From: a virus
UHGV virus genome: UHGV-0139558
DNA: 30,280 nt
Strand: one strand, 5' to 3'
Each line of letters starts with the position of its first letter. The stretch's first letter is position 1. This document shows positions 1-7,904 of the stretch, in pieces. The notes under the pieces were generated by a model. The model was not told where the DNA came from. It saw only the letters and a list, made by a program, of their open reading frames with translations, and ran no database searches. Position numbers and translations under genes: made by a program.

Positions 1-945
1 AACGATAATTATGAAGAAGCTATAAACAGATTGATTGGCGAATACAATCACTTCTTTGTTCAAAGAACATTCATGGTTATGGTTAATACAATTTTAACAC
101 CGACTCTTAAGAGTGTCCATTATTTGCCAGCAAGTCGTTCGGGTTTGTATCAAGCTCTGAGTGCTTTTGGTCAAATAATTGCAGAGTTATCTAAGAATAG
201 ATCTTTCTTATCAAAAAAAATTGAATTGCCAAGTATATCTGAGCCTGTTAGTGATTACTTCATTAAGTTGTCTGATATTAGAGTTGTTAAACGGAACTAT
301 GAAGATAAGAAATTAAATATCCTTGCCAAAGAAATAGAAGATAAAATATTAGATGGTAGAGTGGAATTTAATCCACAGACAAAACAGCTTCTTTTTTATC
401 CTAATAATACAAATCTTAGATTAGAGTTGTCATCAACATCTTCGATGGTTTCAGAGTTGGCACCTATTGTATCATATTTAAGATACGTGCTTACTAAAGC
501 TGACGAATCGGGTATGAGACGCATCGGAAGCGGGGCTAGGGAATTCAAACGTCCAGAACCTAAACCATTAATTATGATTGAAGAACCAGAAGCTCATTTA
601 CATCCGGAAATTCAAATAAAATTAACAGAGATATTTGCAAAATTAATAGATGCAAATGTTAAACTTATTGTGACATCTCATAGTAATTTTATATTCAACA
701 AGGTTAATAATCTTGTGATTAAGAACACTGCTGAGAACTGCATGACAGGTATCCATAAAAATAATGTATCATCAGTAGTATTTAAAAAGACAGGAACAGG
801 AAGTGTTGCTTTACCGCTAGAAATTGATGAGTTAGGGATTGAGGATAATAACTTTGGCCCAGCTACGAATGAGTTATTTGATGAAAAGATGGATATCTTT
901 CAAACTATAAATGACGAAATGGAAGACGAGGATGGCAAAGAATGA
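1..945 (+). CDS. ABC-type (AAA_15/AAA_21-like) ATPase, C-terminal portion; the reading frame is open to position 1 so the gene starts upstream of the window
   Basis: Frame 1 is open from nt 1. Translation contains a Walker B/D-loop/H-loop block 'LIMIEEPEAHLHPE' typical of OLD/Abi-type ABC ATPases. AT-rich codon usage unlike the phage backbone. 4-bp ATGA overlap with the next gene. Confidence 0.6.
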   Translation, partial: NDNYEEAINRLIGEYNHFFVQRTFMVMVNTILTPTLKSVHYLPASRSGLYQALSAFGQIIAELSKNRSFLSKKIELPSISEPVSDYFIKLSDIRVVKRNYEDKKLNILAKEIEDKILDGRVEFNPQTKQLLFYPNNTNLRLELSSTSSMVSELAPIVSYLRYVLTKADESGMRRIGSGAREFKRPEPKPLIMIEEPEAHLHPEIQIKLTEIFAKLIDANVKLIVTSHSNFIFNKVNNLVIKNTAENCMTGIHKNNVSSVVFKKTGTGSVALPLEIDELGIEDNNFGPATNELFDEKMDIFQTINDEMEDEDGKE

Positions 946-1508
946 TCGAAAAAATTCTTGCAACTCCTGAGTTAACTGCTTTACTTCGTGATGAAGTCGA
1001 AGAAAATAATGTGTTTGTCAAATTGGATGCTGATTTTTATCAGGATAACGGAAAACTAGATTGCCAAAAAATAATCAATCTTTCTGTGGATTCATATTAT
1101 AATTCGCTTCGGTTGCCTATTACACCTCCTTCACCAGATAATATTTTAGTTATTAAGCGAGGGGATAATCGTTTTGCACTTTACATAATTGAGTTGAAGA
1201 ATGTTGCAAAAGTTTCCCGATTAGATGAAGAAAATATACGATGCAAGTATAAGACAGCAGTAGACGATTTCATGCAAGAGCGTTTTTCTGATAGTTTTTT
1301 AAAAGAAGATGTGAAAATTACTGATTTTAATATATGGATTGTATGTAATAGATTCTCTTTTTTAGGGAAAGAACTTACTGATGAACAGTATGCAAAAAAA
1401 GTAATTAATAATGGGGTTATGGAAAAGTTACTACTATCCAAACCTTATAGGTTTAGAGGTAAAATATCTCCTATAACTTTCCAGTTAAGTGGCTCTGAAG
1501 TGTGTTAA
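942..1508 (+). CDS. Hypothetical 188-aa partner protein, translationally coupled to the ATPase; possible PD-(D/E)xK-like nuclease core
   Basis: ATGA start/stop overlap with upstream ATPase. Motif 'GDNRFALYIIELKN' (D ... E-x-K spacing) resembles a restriction-endonuclease-fold active site. AT-rich. Followed by a hairpin terminator. Confidence 0.5.
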   Translation: MIEKILATPELTALLRDEVEENNVFVKLDADFYQDNGKLDCQKIINLSVDSYYNSLRLPITPPSPDNILVIKRGDNRFALYIIELKNVAKVSRLDEENIRCKYKTAVDDFMQERFSDSFLKEDVKITDFNIWIVCNRFSFLGKELTDEQYAKKVINNGVMEKLLLSKPYRFRGKISPITFQLSGSEVC

Positions 1509-1512
1509 AAAG

Positions 1513-1538
1513 TGAGGGGGAGTTTTCCCCCTCATTTT
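1513..1538. terminator. Bidirectional rho-independent terminator between convergent genes
   Basis: Perfect 8-bp stem TGAGGGGG / CCCCCTCA with 6-nt loop, T-run on the plus strand and on the minus strand; the int stop codon lies inside the right arm. Confidence 0.5.
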
Positions 1539-2662
1539 AATTCTAACTTATTCCAATCTTTTCCCCTGTCATCATGGTAACGATCGGTTTGCTGCTGGGT
1601 TTTATGGCCCAGCAGTTTTCTGGTATCTATCCCTTGCTCCTTGTAAAGGCGTTCAGATAAAGATCTTTGTTCATGAAAAGTTGCTGGAGTTCCAGTACCC
1701 CAATCAATTTTTGCCAGATCACGCGCCTTGCTAAAGTTCATCGTTAGTGTATTAGCTTTTACCTGTGCGCCACGTTCAGCCTGTGAGGTTGTGCGAAAAA
1801 AATGTACAAGATATGGACTGACAGCATAGTCACGGCAGCGGGCTACTACATCTCGCAAACTCCAGTTAATCGCATTGAGACGCAGGGAAAGCGGGATGGC
1901 GATTTTGCTCCCAGTTTTTTCCTGGATGACATGGAGATGATCATCCCAAATATCGCTAAATTTCATACGCGAGATATCACCTAACCTCTGACCGGTAACC
2001 AGTGCTAACAGCATGGCATTCCCCATATAACGATGACTGGCATCTGCGATATCAAAGATTTTTTGCCATTCTTCAAGGCTTAACCGTTGTCGGGTAATTT
2101 TTCTTCTGGGCTGTTTGGTCGCTAATGCTGGATTATAGCCAGGAGGGACCTCCCCATAGTGTTGTGCCTCCTTGAATACATCAATTAGAACGGAGCGGAC
2201 TACTTGCGCCATCCTCGGTTGTCCAGCAGTGATATACTCGTCAAGCAATTGTGCTATATCCCTTACATCAACGGATGAAATTAACTTCATTCCTGCTCGT
2301 TCCCTGAGCAAGGATACTGGTTTAGCTTTCTGTTTATAGGTGTTGAGCTTTATATCGCCACTTTTCAGTCTGTCATCCTGGATTGCTTGATAGCGATCTA
2401 ACCAGGTTGACGTTGTGATTGCTTTTCCTTTGCTGGTTGCGATCCTGTCACTGATAGCTAGAATCTGCCGGGTTCTTTGCTCAGCCAGGCGTGTATTGGC
2501 CTCAGTGGCAATAGCAATGGCTTCAGCTTCGTTTGTGCCCAAAGAATGAAACTTCCCGGTCACTGGATGCTTATATCGCCAATAGACTTTATTTACTTTT
2601 CTGCTATAGAGCGGATATAAGTTCGGGACTGAAACATTATTTTTACGTGGTCTGGCTGCCAT
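1532..2662 (-). CDS. int: Tyrosine site-specific integrase, lambda Int family
   Basis: 376 aa; N-terminal arm-binding-like region 'PNLYPLYSRKVNKVYWRYKHPVTGK', C-terminal catalytic region ending '...HEQRSLSERLYKEQ...LLGHKTQQQTDRYHDDRGKDWNKLELK' which parallels lambda Int (R-H-R-Y motifs). 20-bp overlap with xis as in lambda. Confidence 0.9.
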   Translation of the reverse strand: MAARPRKNNVSVPNLYPLYSRKVNKVYWRYKHPVTGKFHSLGTNEAEAIAIATEANTRLAEQRTRQILAISDRIATSKGKAITTSTWLDRYQAIQDDRLKSGDIKLNTYKQKAKPVSLLRERAGMKLISSVDVRDIAQLLDEYITAGQPRMAQVVRSVLIDVFKEAQHYGEVPPGYNPALATKQPRRKITRQRLSLEEWQKIFDIADASHRYMGNAMLLALVTGQRLGDISRMKFSDIWDDHLHVIQEKTGSKIAIPLSLRLNAINWSLRDVVARCRDYAVSPYLVHFFRTTSQAERGAQVKANTLTMNFSKARDLAKIDWGTGTPATFHEQRSLSERLYKEQGIDTRKLLGHKTQQQTDRYHDDRGKDWNKLELK

Positions 2663-2879
2663 TACTTAAAATCCTTTGTAGAATAATAGAATCACTTTTC
2701 TTGATGACAGGAGTAACTAATTCCCCAACTAACTCTGCGTCCTCACGCACTCGCCATAGTCGACCTTGTTTCATTGCCGGTGGACAAAATAAATTCTGCT
2801 TAGCATAACGACGCAATGTGGACACACTTGGAGGATTACTTCTGTATTTTTCCGTAGCCCATTCCTCAAGTGTCAGCAT
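2643..2879 (-). CDS. xis: Excisionase (lambda Xis-like)
   Basis: Translation 'MLTLEEWATEKYRSNPPSVSTLRRYAKQNLFCPPAMKQGRLWRV' resembles lambda Xis 'MYLTLQEW...'. Overlaps the int start. Start chosen at the third in-frame Met to match lambda Xis; the ORF could start as far upstream as 2903. Confidence 0.7.
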   Translation of the reverse strand: MLTLEEWATEKYRSNPPSVSTLRRYAKQNLFCPPAMKQGRLWRVREDAELVGELVTPVIKKSDSIILQRILSNGSQTT

Positions 2880-2931
2880 TTGAAGCATTTTTGATAACCT
2901 CATTTCTTTTGCTACAAAACTATTTCACTAG

Positions 2932-3480
2932 TTAATTTCGCTGTCTGGATTGTTTATGTATCTTATGCAGCTCTTTAAAGCGTTCCATAAACATCCCGTA
3001 GGCATGGCCCGGTGCCAGTGGAATCACGTTGAACATCTCTGTTGCCGGGATGCCTTCCAGTACAGGCCAGAAAGAGCCATCATCAAGCCCGAGATCGCGG
3101 CGTTCGGTTGCCAGCATGATGAGATCGGCATATTTCACGGGCGTACTCATCACCGGGGGTAACCCGTATTTCTCACGGATCACGGCGTCTATTTTTTCTT
3201 CCATCTGTTTATAGTCAGGAAGAAGGCGTTTCAGTGGCGCGGGGATGTCCTGACAATAAGCTTCTGTTGCATCATGCATTAACGCTTCAAAAGCAAATTC
3301 CTGCGGTACCAGCTGGCTGCAAAGCACCGCATGTTGGGCGACGCTGTAGAAGTGTGAAAGATGTCCTGCAAAGCGACAGATATTTGAAAGGGAAACCGCG
3401 ATATCGTTAATAACGATGTCGTCTTTATTTATCTTGTCATAATAAAAATGCTTCCCGGAAAAAGTTTTAATAAATGACAT
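2932..3480 (-). CDS. HD-domain phosphohydrolase (YfdR-like prophage protein)
   Basis: Contains H...HD metal-binding signature ('HAVLCSQLV...ALMHDATEAY'). Start at 3480 has a GGAG RBS 7 nt upstream; the longer ORF start at 3510 has none. Confidence 0.65.
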   Translation of the reverse strand: MSFIKTFSGKHFYYDKINKDDIVINDIAVSLSNICRFAGHLSHFYSVAQHAVLCSQLVPQEFAFEALMHDATEAYCQDIPAPLKRLLPDYKQMEEKIDAVIREKYGLPPVMSTPVKYADLIMLATERRDLGLDDGSFWPVLEGIPATEMFNVIPLAPGHAYGMFMERFKELHKIHKQSRQRN

Positions 3481-3573
3481 TTTGTTCTCCACGTATATGT
3501 GCTGCGCCATACTGAATTTTGGTAAAAGGAAGCCCTCATCATCCGGCGATTATTGAGTTAATTACGTTTCCAT

Positions 3574-3595
3574 AAATGCCCCCGCAGGGGCATTT
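3574..3595. other. Perfect palindrome / hairpin between early-left genes
   Basis: AAATGCCCC-cgca-GGGGCATTT, 9-bp stem, 13 nt downstream of the stop of the 3608..4432 minus-strand gene. Confidence 0.4.
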
Positions 3596-3607
3596 GCAGT
3601 AATGAAA

Positions 3608-4432
3608 TCAGGCGCTGAAAGTACCAATGAAGGTTTCTACTTTGCTGTCTTTGAATTTCTCAACAAGCAGATCACGAAATTCGTTAGCCATTTCTTCCTG
3701 CACTGCTTCCAGCTGAATAATGCGCAGAACCAGTACAGGACGATCGCCAGTGATAATGCTGAGGCGTAATTTAAACGGACGTTCTTTCAGGCCTTCAAAC
3801 GGAACGCATTTAAATTCAAATGCCACTGGCATAATGTCTTTGGTCTTCGCTTCGACAGACTCCATCAGGGAGCGTTTGCCGCTGAAGTCATTATCTTCAA
3901 AATCAGCGGTCTGGTTTGCTTCAATCGTGATTTTACGGACTGCCGCAGCCGCTTTTGTTGCCTGAATGGCGTCACCATTAGCATCAAAGCCCACAAGGTA
4001 GTCGGCCCAGTCTTCAATCCATTCTGCCTGTGACTTCTGGGAGTTGCGCTCGCCGTTAACAGACAACAGAGCAGAGAACGGTGCTGTCTTTTTCAGTTTG
4101 AGAGTGGCGGTGTTATCTGCGTGACCTGGTTCATCAATAGTACCCAGGTTAAGCACACTGACGGCACGCATATTATCAGCATCGATAAAGCAGCGGGTGC
4201 CTTCATCTGCAAGATCTTTAGAATAACGGGTAAAGTCATCGATGCTGGCAGTGGAAAGCGCACCACGGAAACGGAAGCGATTTAAATTAAATTTTTCCAG
4301 ATCATGAATGCGGAAATTCTCAGGCAATGCCACAGCATCGGCACCAATCTTACTGATAATTTCATTAACACCCTGAGCAGAAATAAGGGCATGGATTTGA
4401 TTAATTGCGGTTGCGTCTAAGTTCTGAGACAT
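3608..4432 (-). CDS. Prophage early protein, DUF2303/YfdQ-like (function unknown)
   Basis: 274-aa ORF with GAGG RBS 6 nt upstream of ATG; sequence is recalled as resembling CPS-53-type YfdQ proteins. Family call from memory, not searched. Confidence 0.55.
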   Translation of the reverse strand: MSQNLDATAINQIHALISAQGVNEIISKIGADAVALPENFRIHDLEKFNLNRFRFRGALSTASIDDFTRYSKDLADEGTRCFIDADNMRAVSVLNLGTIDEPGHADNTATLKLKKTAPFSALLSVNGERNSQKSQAEWIEDWADYLVGFDANGDAIQATKAAAAVRKITIEANQTADFEDNDFSGKRSLMESVEAKTKDIMPVAFEFKCVPFEGLKERPFKLRLSIITGDRPVLVLRIIQLEAVQEEMANEFRDLLVEKFKDSKVETFIGTFSA

Positions 4433-4497
4433 AATAAGTCCTCACTATATAAAGATATTCAGTGATGAGATAAATAATCAGTTTATTAATAACGATA

Positions 4498-4860
4498 TTA
4501 ATGACCTGCTGCGCGTAGTTTTCCGTCAGGCTCACCGGCAAGAGTCAGTAATTGTCCCTGGTCTTCCTGCAGAATAGTCAGGCGACCACCGCGATTGACA
4601 TACATCGGCGTTTCGGTGGTGTCTTCTTCGGAAATTTTCCCGCGGTTAGTCGGGCGAACATATGAGAGTTTGTGTTTGATTTTCACACGGTTCTCATCAA
4701 ATGGTTCGATTTCCAGGTTGAGTGAGACCTTACCTTTGGTTTTCGTGTTCATCACACCGGAAGCGACTTCACTGAGAACTGCGCCGATTTTGGTTTCAAA
4801 TACGCCGCCGTCCAGCTCCCCGATAAATGCCTGCACATCAGTACTGCGTTCGCTAGCCAT
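4498..4860 (-). CDS. Hypothetical prophage early protein (about 121 aa)
   Basis: Start set at internal ATG (4860) preceded by GAGGAG RBS; the 182-aa extended ORF upstream has Cys/Arg-rich low-complexity translation and no RBS. Confidence 0.5.
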   Translation of the reverse strand: MASERSTDVQAFIGELDGGVFETKIGAVLSEVASGVMNTKTKGKVSLNLEIEPFDENRVKIKHKLSYVRPTNRGKISEEDTTETPMYVNRGGRLTILQEDQGQLLTLAGEPDGKLRAAGH

Positions 4861-5331
4861 TTTGCTGCTCCTCATCATATCGACCCTGCAAGGTCGGTTG
4901 GTTTCTCCACAAAACAGAGAAGAACACCTGCGGTGGCAGCCGCCCGGATGGATTGGGTTATTAGCTCGTCGTCCGGTGATGCTCTTCTCTGTTTTGTAAA
5001 AAGAGCGGTACCAGCCGGAAGCAAGTGTACAAACTGGTACCGCCAAAGCAGTGGCTGTTGTGGTGACCGGTGCTGATCTCCGGCATGCGGTTATTTCAGA
5101 CTCTCACGGGCATTTAATTGCCCCGCCGAACAGCTCTTTTCTGCAATAGCTGCAATGTCTTTCGCGCATCAGCCTGCGCATTCACCACAACGCTAAGGAT
5201 TCTCTCTGGTTGAAAATACTTAGCTGTTATGTGCCTGCTTTTAGCCACATCAGGCGAGGTGGACCTGGTTATTCCCCAACAACAAGGATTCGGTTAATCT
5301 GGTTATCCCCAACAACGCAAAAGGAAAAGAA

Positions 5332-5766
5332 ATGTCCGGTAATATCTACACGTTGTACAAATCCCACTGTGAAAATGTTGGAAAGTATCGGGGCATTGAA
5401 ATCAGTGGGATAGTGTCATCAGTCGAAATAAGCAAAGTGGAATCAAGGGCAACATTACTTACTCTTCTGGATCTTGTCTTACATGAGCACCGGAAGAAAT
5501 TCGGCACTCCCTATAATCAGTTGAATGGGAAAAAGGCTCTGGTTCACCTTATTCTGATGAAGCATCACTGGATGCCAAAACAGATTAATGAGATGAAATT
5601 TGATGAACTTCTTCTTTCAATTCAGGATGAACTCACACTTGATAAAATAAGCGTAACCGCCCAGAAATTTTTAGATTATCGAGACTGGAGATCACAAATT
5701 CATCACTTTGATGATTTTGACGAAAATGAATGGGATCCTAATTTGTCTGCACAATATCTAAAGTAA
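5332..5766 (+). CDS. Hypothetical 144-aa protein, orphan gene oriented against the leftward early operon
   Basis: AGGA RBS 6 nt upstream of ATG; preceded by about 280 bp of noncoding DNA with direct repeats; 3' end overlaps the convergent 5738..5944 gene. Confidence 0.45.
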   Translation: MSGNIYTLYKSHCENVGKYRGIEISGIVSSVEISKVESRATLLTLLDLVLHEHRKKFGTPYNQLNGKKALVHLILMKHHWMPKQINEMKFDELLLSIQDELTLDKISVTAQKFLDYRDWRSQIHHFDDFDENEWDPNLSAQYLK

Positions 5767-5944
5767 CATCCTGTGATAAAACCGTGATTTCCTGATCCAG
5801 TTTTTTTAAGGAGTCTATTGTTTCCTGTCGATAAGACAGCACTTCACGAAGCTGGTTTATAGCTGCCAGCTTCTTTGTCATCCACTCATAAATTTCCTCA
5901 TCTGTGTAGCCAGGCGCGACGATTTTGGGTTCTGTTTTGTGCAT
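5738..5944 (-). CDS. Small hypothetical early protein (about 68 aa), first gene of leftward operon
   Basis: Start at 5944 preceded by GAGGAGGTG RBS; coiled-coil-like translation. Confidence 0.45.
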   Translation of the reverse strand: MHKTEPKIVAPGYTDEEIYEWMTKKLAAINQLREVLSYRQETIDSLKKLDQEITVLSQDVTLDIVQTN

Positions 5945-5992
5945 TTCACACCTCCTCAAGTTATCAGTTACTTGTTGATGGGGACCAGATTG

Positions 5993-6016
5993 TTAAAGAG
6001 CTAAGCGTCCTGTAGG
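5993..6016 (+). terminator. Candidate rho-independent terminator (plus strand)
   Basis: Stem AGCGTCC / GGGCGCT (one G-U wobble) followed by TTTTTTGTTG. Confidence 0.4.
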
Positions 6017-6099
6017 GCGCTTTTTTGTTGCTAACGAATCATCCTGGACTTCATATGCCCCAGGCGGCTACTTCGTGGGTGTCCTGCCTGTTCGTTGTC

Positions 6100-6160
6100 T
6101 TAACACCTTTAAGTTGTAATTTAGTTGTGGTTTTGAATGTTGTCAACAACTTTATGTGGT
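6100..6160. promoter_or_regulatory. Left operator region (OL-like) with repressor half-site repeats
   Basis: Motifs AACACCTTTAAGTTGT and CAACAACTTTATGTGG share the half-site ACAACTT/AAGTTGT with the cI-cro intergenic region. Confidence 0.5.
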
Positions 6161-6209
6161 TTGAACGAGTAGCCAAGGAGTGCAAGGATTATCAAAAAAA
6201 GGAGGTTGT

Positions 6210-6593
6210 ATGGAAGACGCGCTTTACGCTTTTAATTACACACAGAACCGGGACAAGTTATTTGCTAACTTGATTAGCATCATTGATGGAATCATTGCAG
6301 ATGGAGTTGTCCGTGAAGAGGAGGTTCTTTACTTAGATACATGGTTACTTGAAGCAAAGCAGATTATCAATAATGGAGTTATAAAAAGTCTATCTGCTCG
6401 GGTGTCGGATATTCTTGCGGATGGAATAATCACATCAGAAGAACGTGATGACCTTAAAAATAGCCTTCTCCAAATACAGAGGGAAATTCTTGATATCCCT
6501 GAAATTGATTTTTACTCCAAGGATGTAGATGTCCATTTACTTAATGGACTATGTAAAGGATTAATTGCTGATCGGAACTTAACTCAAGAATAA
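6210..6593 (+). CDS. TerB-like domain protein (about 127 aa)
   Basis: AAGGAGG RBS 6 nt before ATG at 6210. Two 'ADG-h-h-x-EE' motifs ('IADGVVREEEV', 'LADGIITSEER') as in TerB-family helical domains. AT-rich. Confidence 0.5.
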   Translation: MEDALYAFNYTQNRDKLFANLISIIDGIIADGVVREEEVLYLDTWLLEAKQIINNGVIKSLSARVSDILADGIITSEERDDLKNSLLQIQREILDIPEIDFYSKDVDVHLLNGLCKGLIADRNLTQE

Positions 6594-6632
6594 ATAAGAT
6601 ATCTTAATTGGTGGCTTGAGCAAAATGGAGCT

Positions 6633-7100
6633 TTGAAGAACAACTACCCAGGAAAAAAACTTTATGCACTTGTAAAGGAAATTCTTAAAGATGGTGTTAT
6701 TACTGAAGATGAGAGTTTAACTCTACATAAGGCATTAGTAGACTTCACAGGATGTGACTTGGAAAGTGGGGTGGTGGATGGTTTGGCGACCAGGCTGCCT
6801 ATTGATGTAGGGGCTTCGATAGAGTTAGAGGGTAAAACCTATTGTCTTACAGGCACTTTTGTTGCAGGAAAGAGAGCCGTAGTTGAAAATTTGATTAAAA
6901 ATGCTGGTGGGAACATCAGTAGTGGAATTACTCAAAAGTTGGATTTTTTAGTAATTGGGACGCTTTCCTCCCGTGATTGGAAATTCTCTAGTCACGGAAG
7001 GAAGATCGAAAAGGCTATATCTTATAGGGATGATAATGGTGCAAAACTTAAAATTATTTCTGAAGAAATGCTTTTCGATGCATTACCAAGTTCGCGATGA
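6633..7100 (+). CDS. BRCT-domain protein with N-terminal TerB-like half-motif; same frame as upstream ORF, separated by one TAA
   Basis: C-terminal 'GKTYCLTGTF...GKRAVVENLIKNAGGNISSGITQKLDFLVIG...ISEEMLF' matches the BRCT pattern of LigA C-termini. Listed ORF starts at TTG; frame is open back to the TAA at 6591. Confidence 0.5.
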   Translation: MKNNYPGKKLYALVKEILKDGVITEDESLTLHKALVDFTGCDLESGVVDGLATRLPIDVGASIELEGKTYCLTGTFVAGKRAVVENLIKNAGGNISSGITQKLDFLVIGTLSSRDWKFSSHGRKIEKAISYRDDNGAKLKIISEEMLFDALPSSR

Positions 7101-7769
7101 CCAGAATACCCTACCTATAACATGAATTCTGGCTCGTCTATCTTCAAAGGTGAGTATTTCATCTGGGTACTCATCTTTGTTGAAGCTTCTAAGAATCAAG
7201 CCACCGTCAGGTAAGTTGATAAGTATTTTAACCCTTAGCAATACACCATCTCGTACGGCATAAAGATCGCCATCACGAATAGGAACGGTTTGAGAAATAT
7301 CAACGGCAACAAGATCTCCATTATTGAGAACCGGTAATAAACTGTTCCCCCATATTTGTACGATCTTGGCATTAGATGCACATACGCCAGATTTTCTCAA
7401 ATCTGCTCTTCTTAACGGAAACCAGTCAATAGCTGATTCAACTATTTCAGCCAGACATCCGTTACCTGCCGATAACTCGACATCTAAAACAGGAATGTTT
7501 ACGAAAATATCGGGGTCTAATGCGGTGCTTTCTGCTTCTTTTACAACAAGATCAGGTATGGATGCGTTGTCTTCAATACCAAGTTGTAACCACTTTTGTG
7601 ATACACCTAAAACTTTTGCAATTTCTTTAATTTTGCGCGGTTGTAGAGTTTCGCCATTCTCTATTTTGGCTACAGATTGTTGTGAAAGTCCAATTTTTTC
7701 AGCTAGTTGAGCTTGGCTCATGCCAGCTTTCTCTCTACCTATCTTTAATCGTTCTGCCAGTGTTTTCAC
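7083..7769 (-). CDS. cI: CI-like prophage repressor (HTH_XRE + S24 LexA-like peptidase domain)
   Basis: N-terminal HTH 'MSQAQLAEKIGLSQQSVAKIENGE'; C-terminal S24-like fold; GTG start with AGAGGG RBS; divergent from Cro-like gene across operator repeats. Confidence 0.85.
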   Translation of the reverse strand: MKTLAERLKIGREKAGMSQAQLAEKIGLSQQSVAKIENGETLQPRKIKEIAKVLGVSQKWLQLGIEDNASIPDLVVKEAESTALDPDIFVNIPVLDVELSAGNGCLAEIVESAIDWFPLRRADLRKSGVCASNAKIVQIWGNSLLPVLNNGDLVAVDISQTVPIRDGDLYAVRDGVLLRVKILINLPDGGLILRSFNKDEYPDEILTFEDRRARIHVIGRVFWSSRTW

Positions 7770-7796
7770 AACATATCCCTCTCTTTTTTGATGAGG

Positions 7797-7885
7797 TTAC
7801 AACTTTATGTTTTAGCTTTCCAACACCTAAAAGTTGTGGTAAAAGTTGTTAATGTTGTATTCTTGCAGCTCGTAACAACTTAACT
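7797..7885. promoter_or_regulatory. Right operator/promoter region (OR-like; pRM/pR expected here)
   Basis: Repeated half-sites ACAACTTTATGT, AACACCTAAAAGTTGT, AAAAGTTGTTAATGTTGT, GTAACAACTT between divergent cI and cro. Confidence 0.55.
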
Positions 7886-7904
7886 ACCAAAAAAGGAGAA
7901 AGCT

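Noticed and set aside
1509-1531. tRNA gene as integration target next to int
   Set aside because: Only 23 bp of non-coding sequence lie between the convergent gene and int, and no cloverleaf-compatible sequence is visible there.
2950-3214. Plus-strand ORFs (2950..3162, 3029..3214) inside the HD-domain gene
   Set aside because: Antisense shadow ORFs; the minus-strand HD-domain ORF has an RBS-supported start and a recognisable metal-binding motif.
4861-5046. Long N-terminal extension of the 4498..5046 minus-strand ORF (182 aa)
   Set aside because: The extension translates to Cys/Arg/Gly-rich low-complexity sequence with no RBS; an internal ATG at 4860 has a GAGGAG RBS and gives a compact 121-aa protein.
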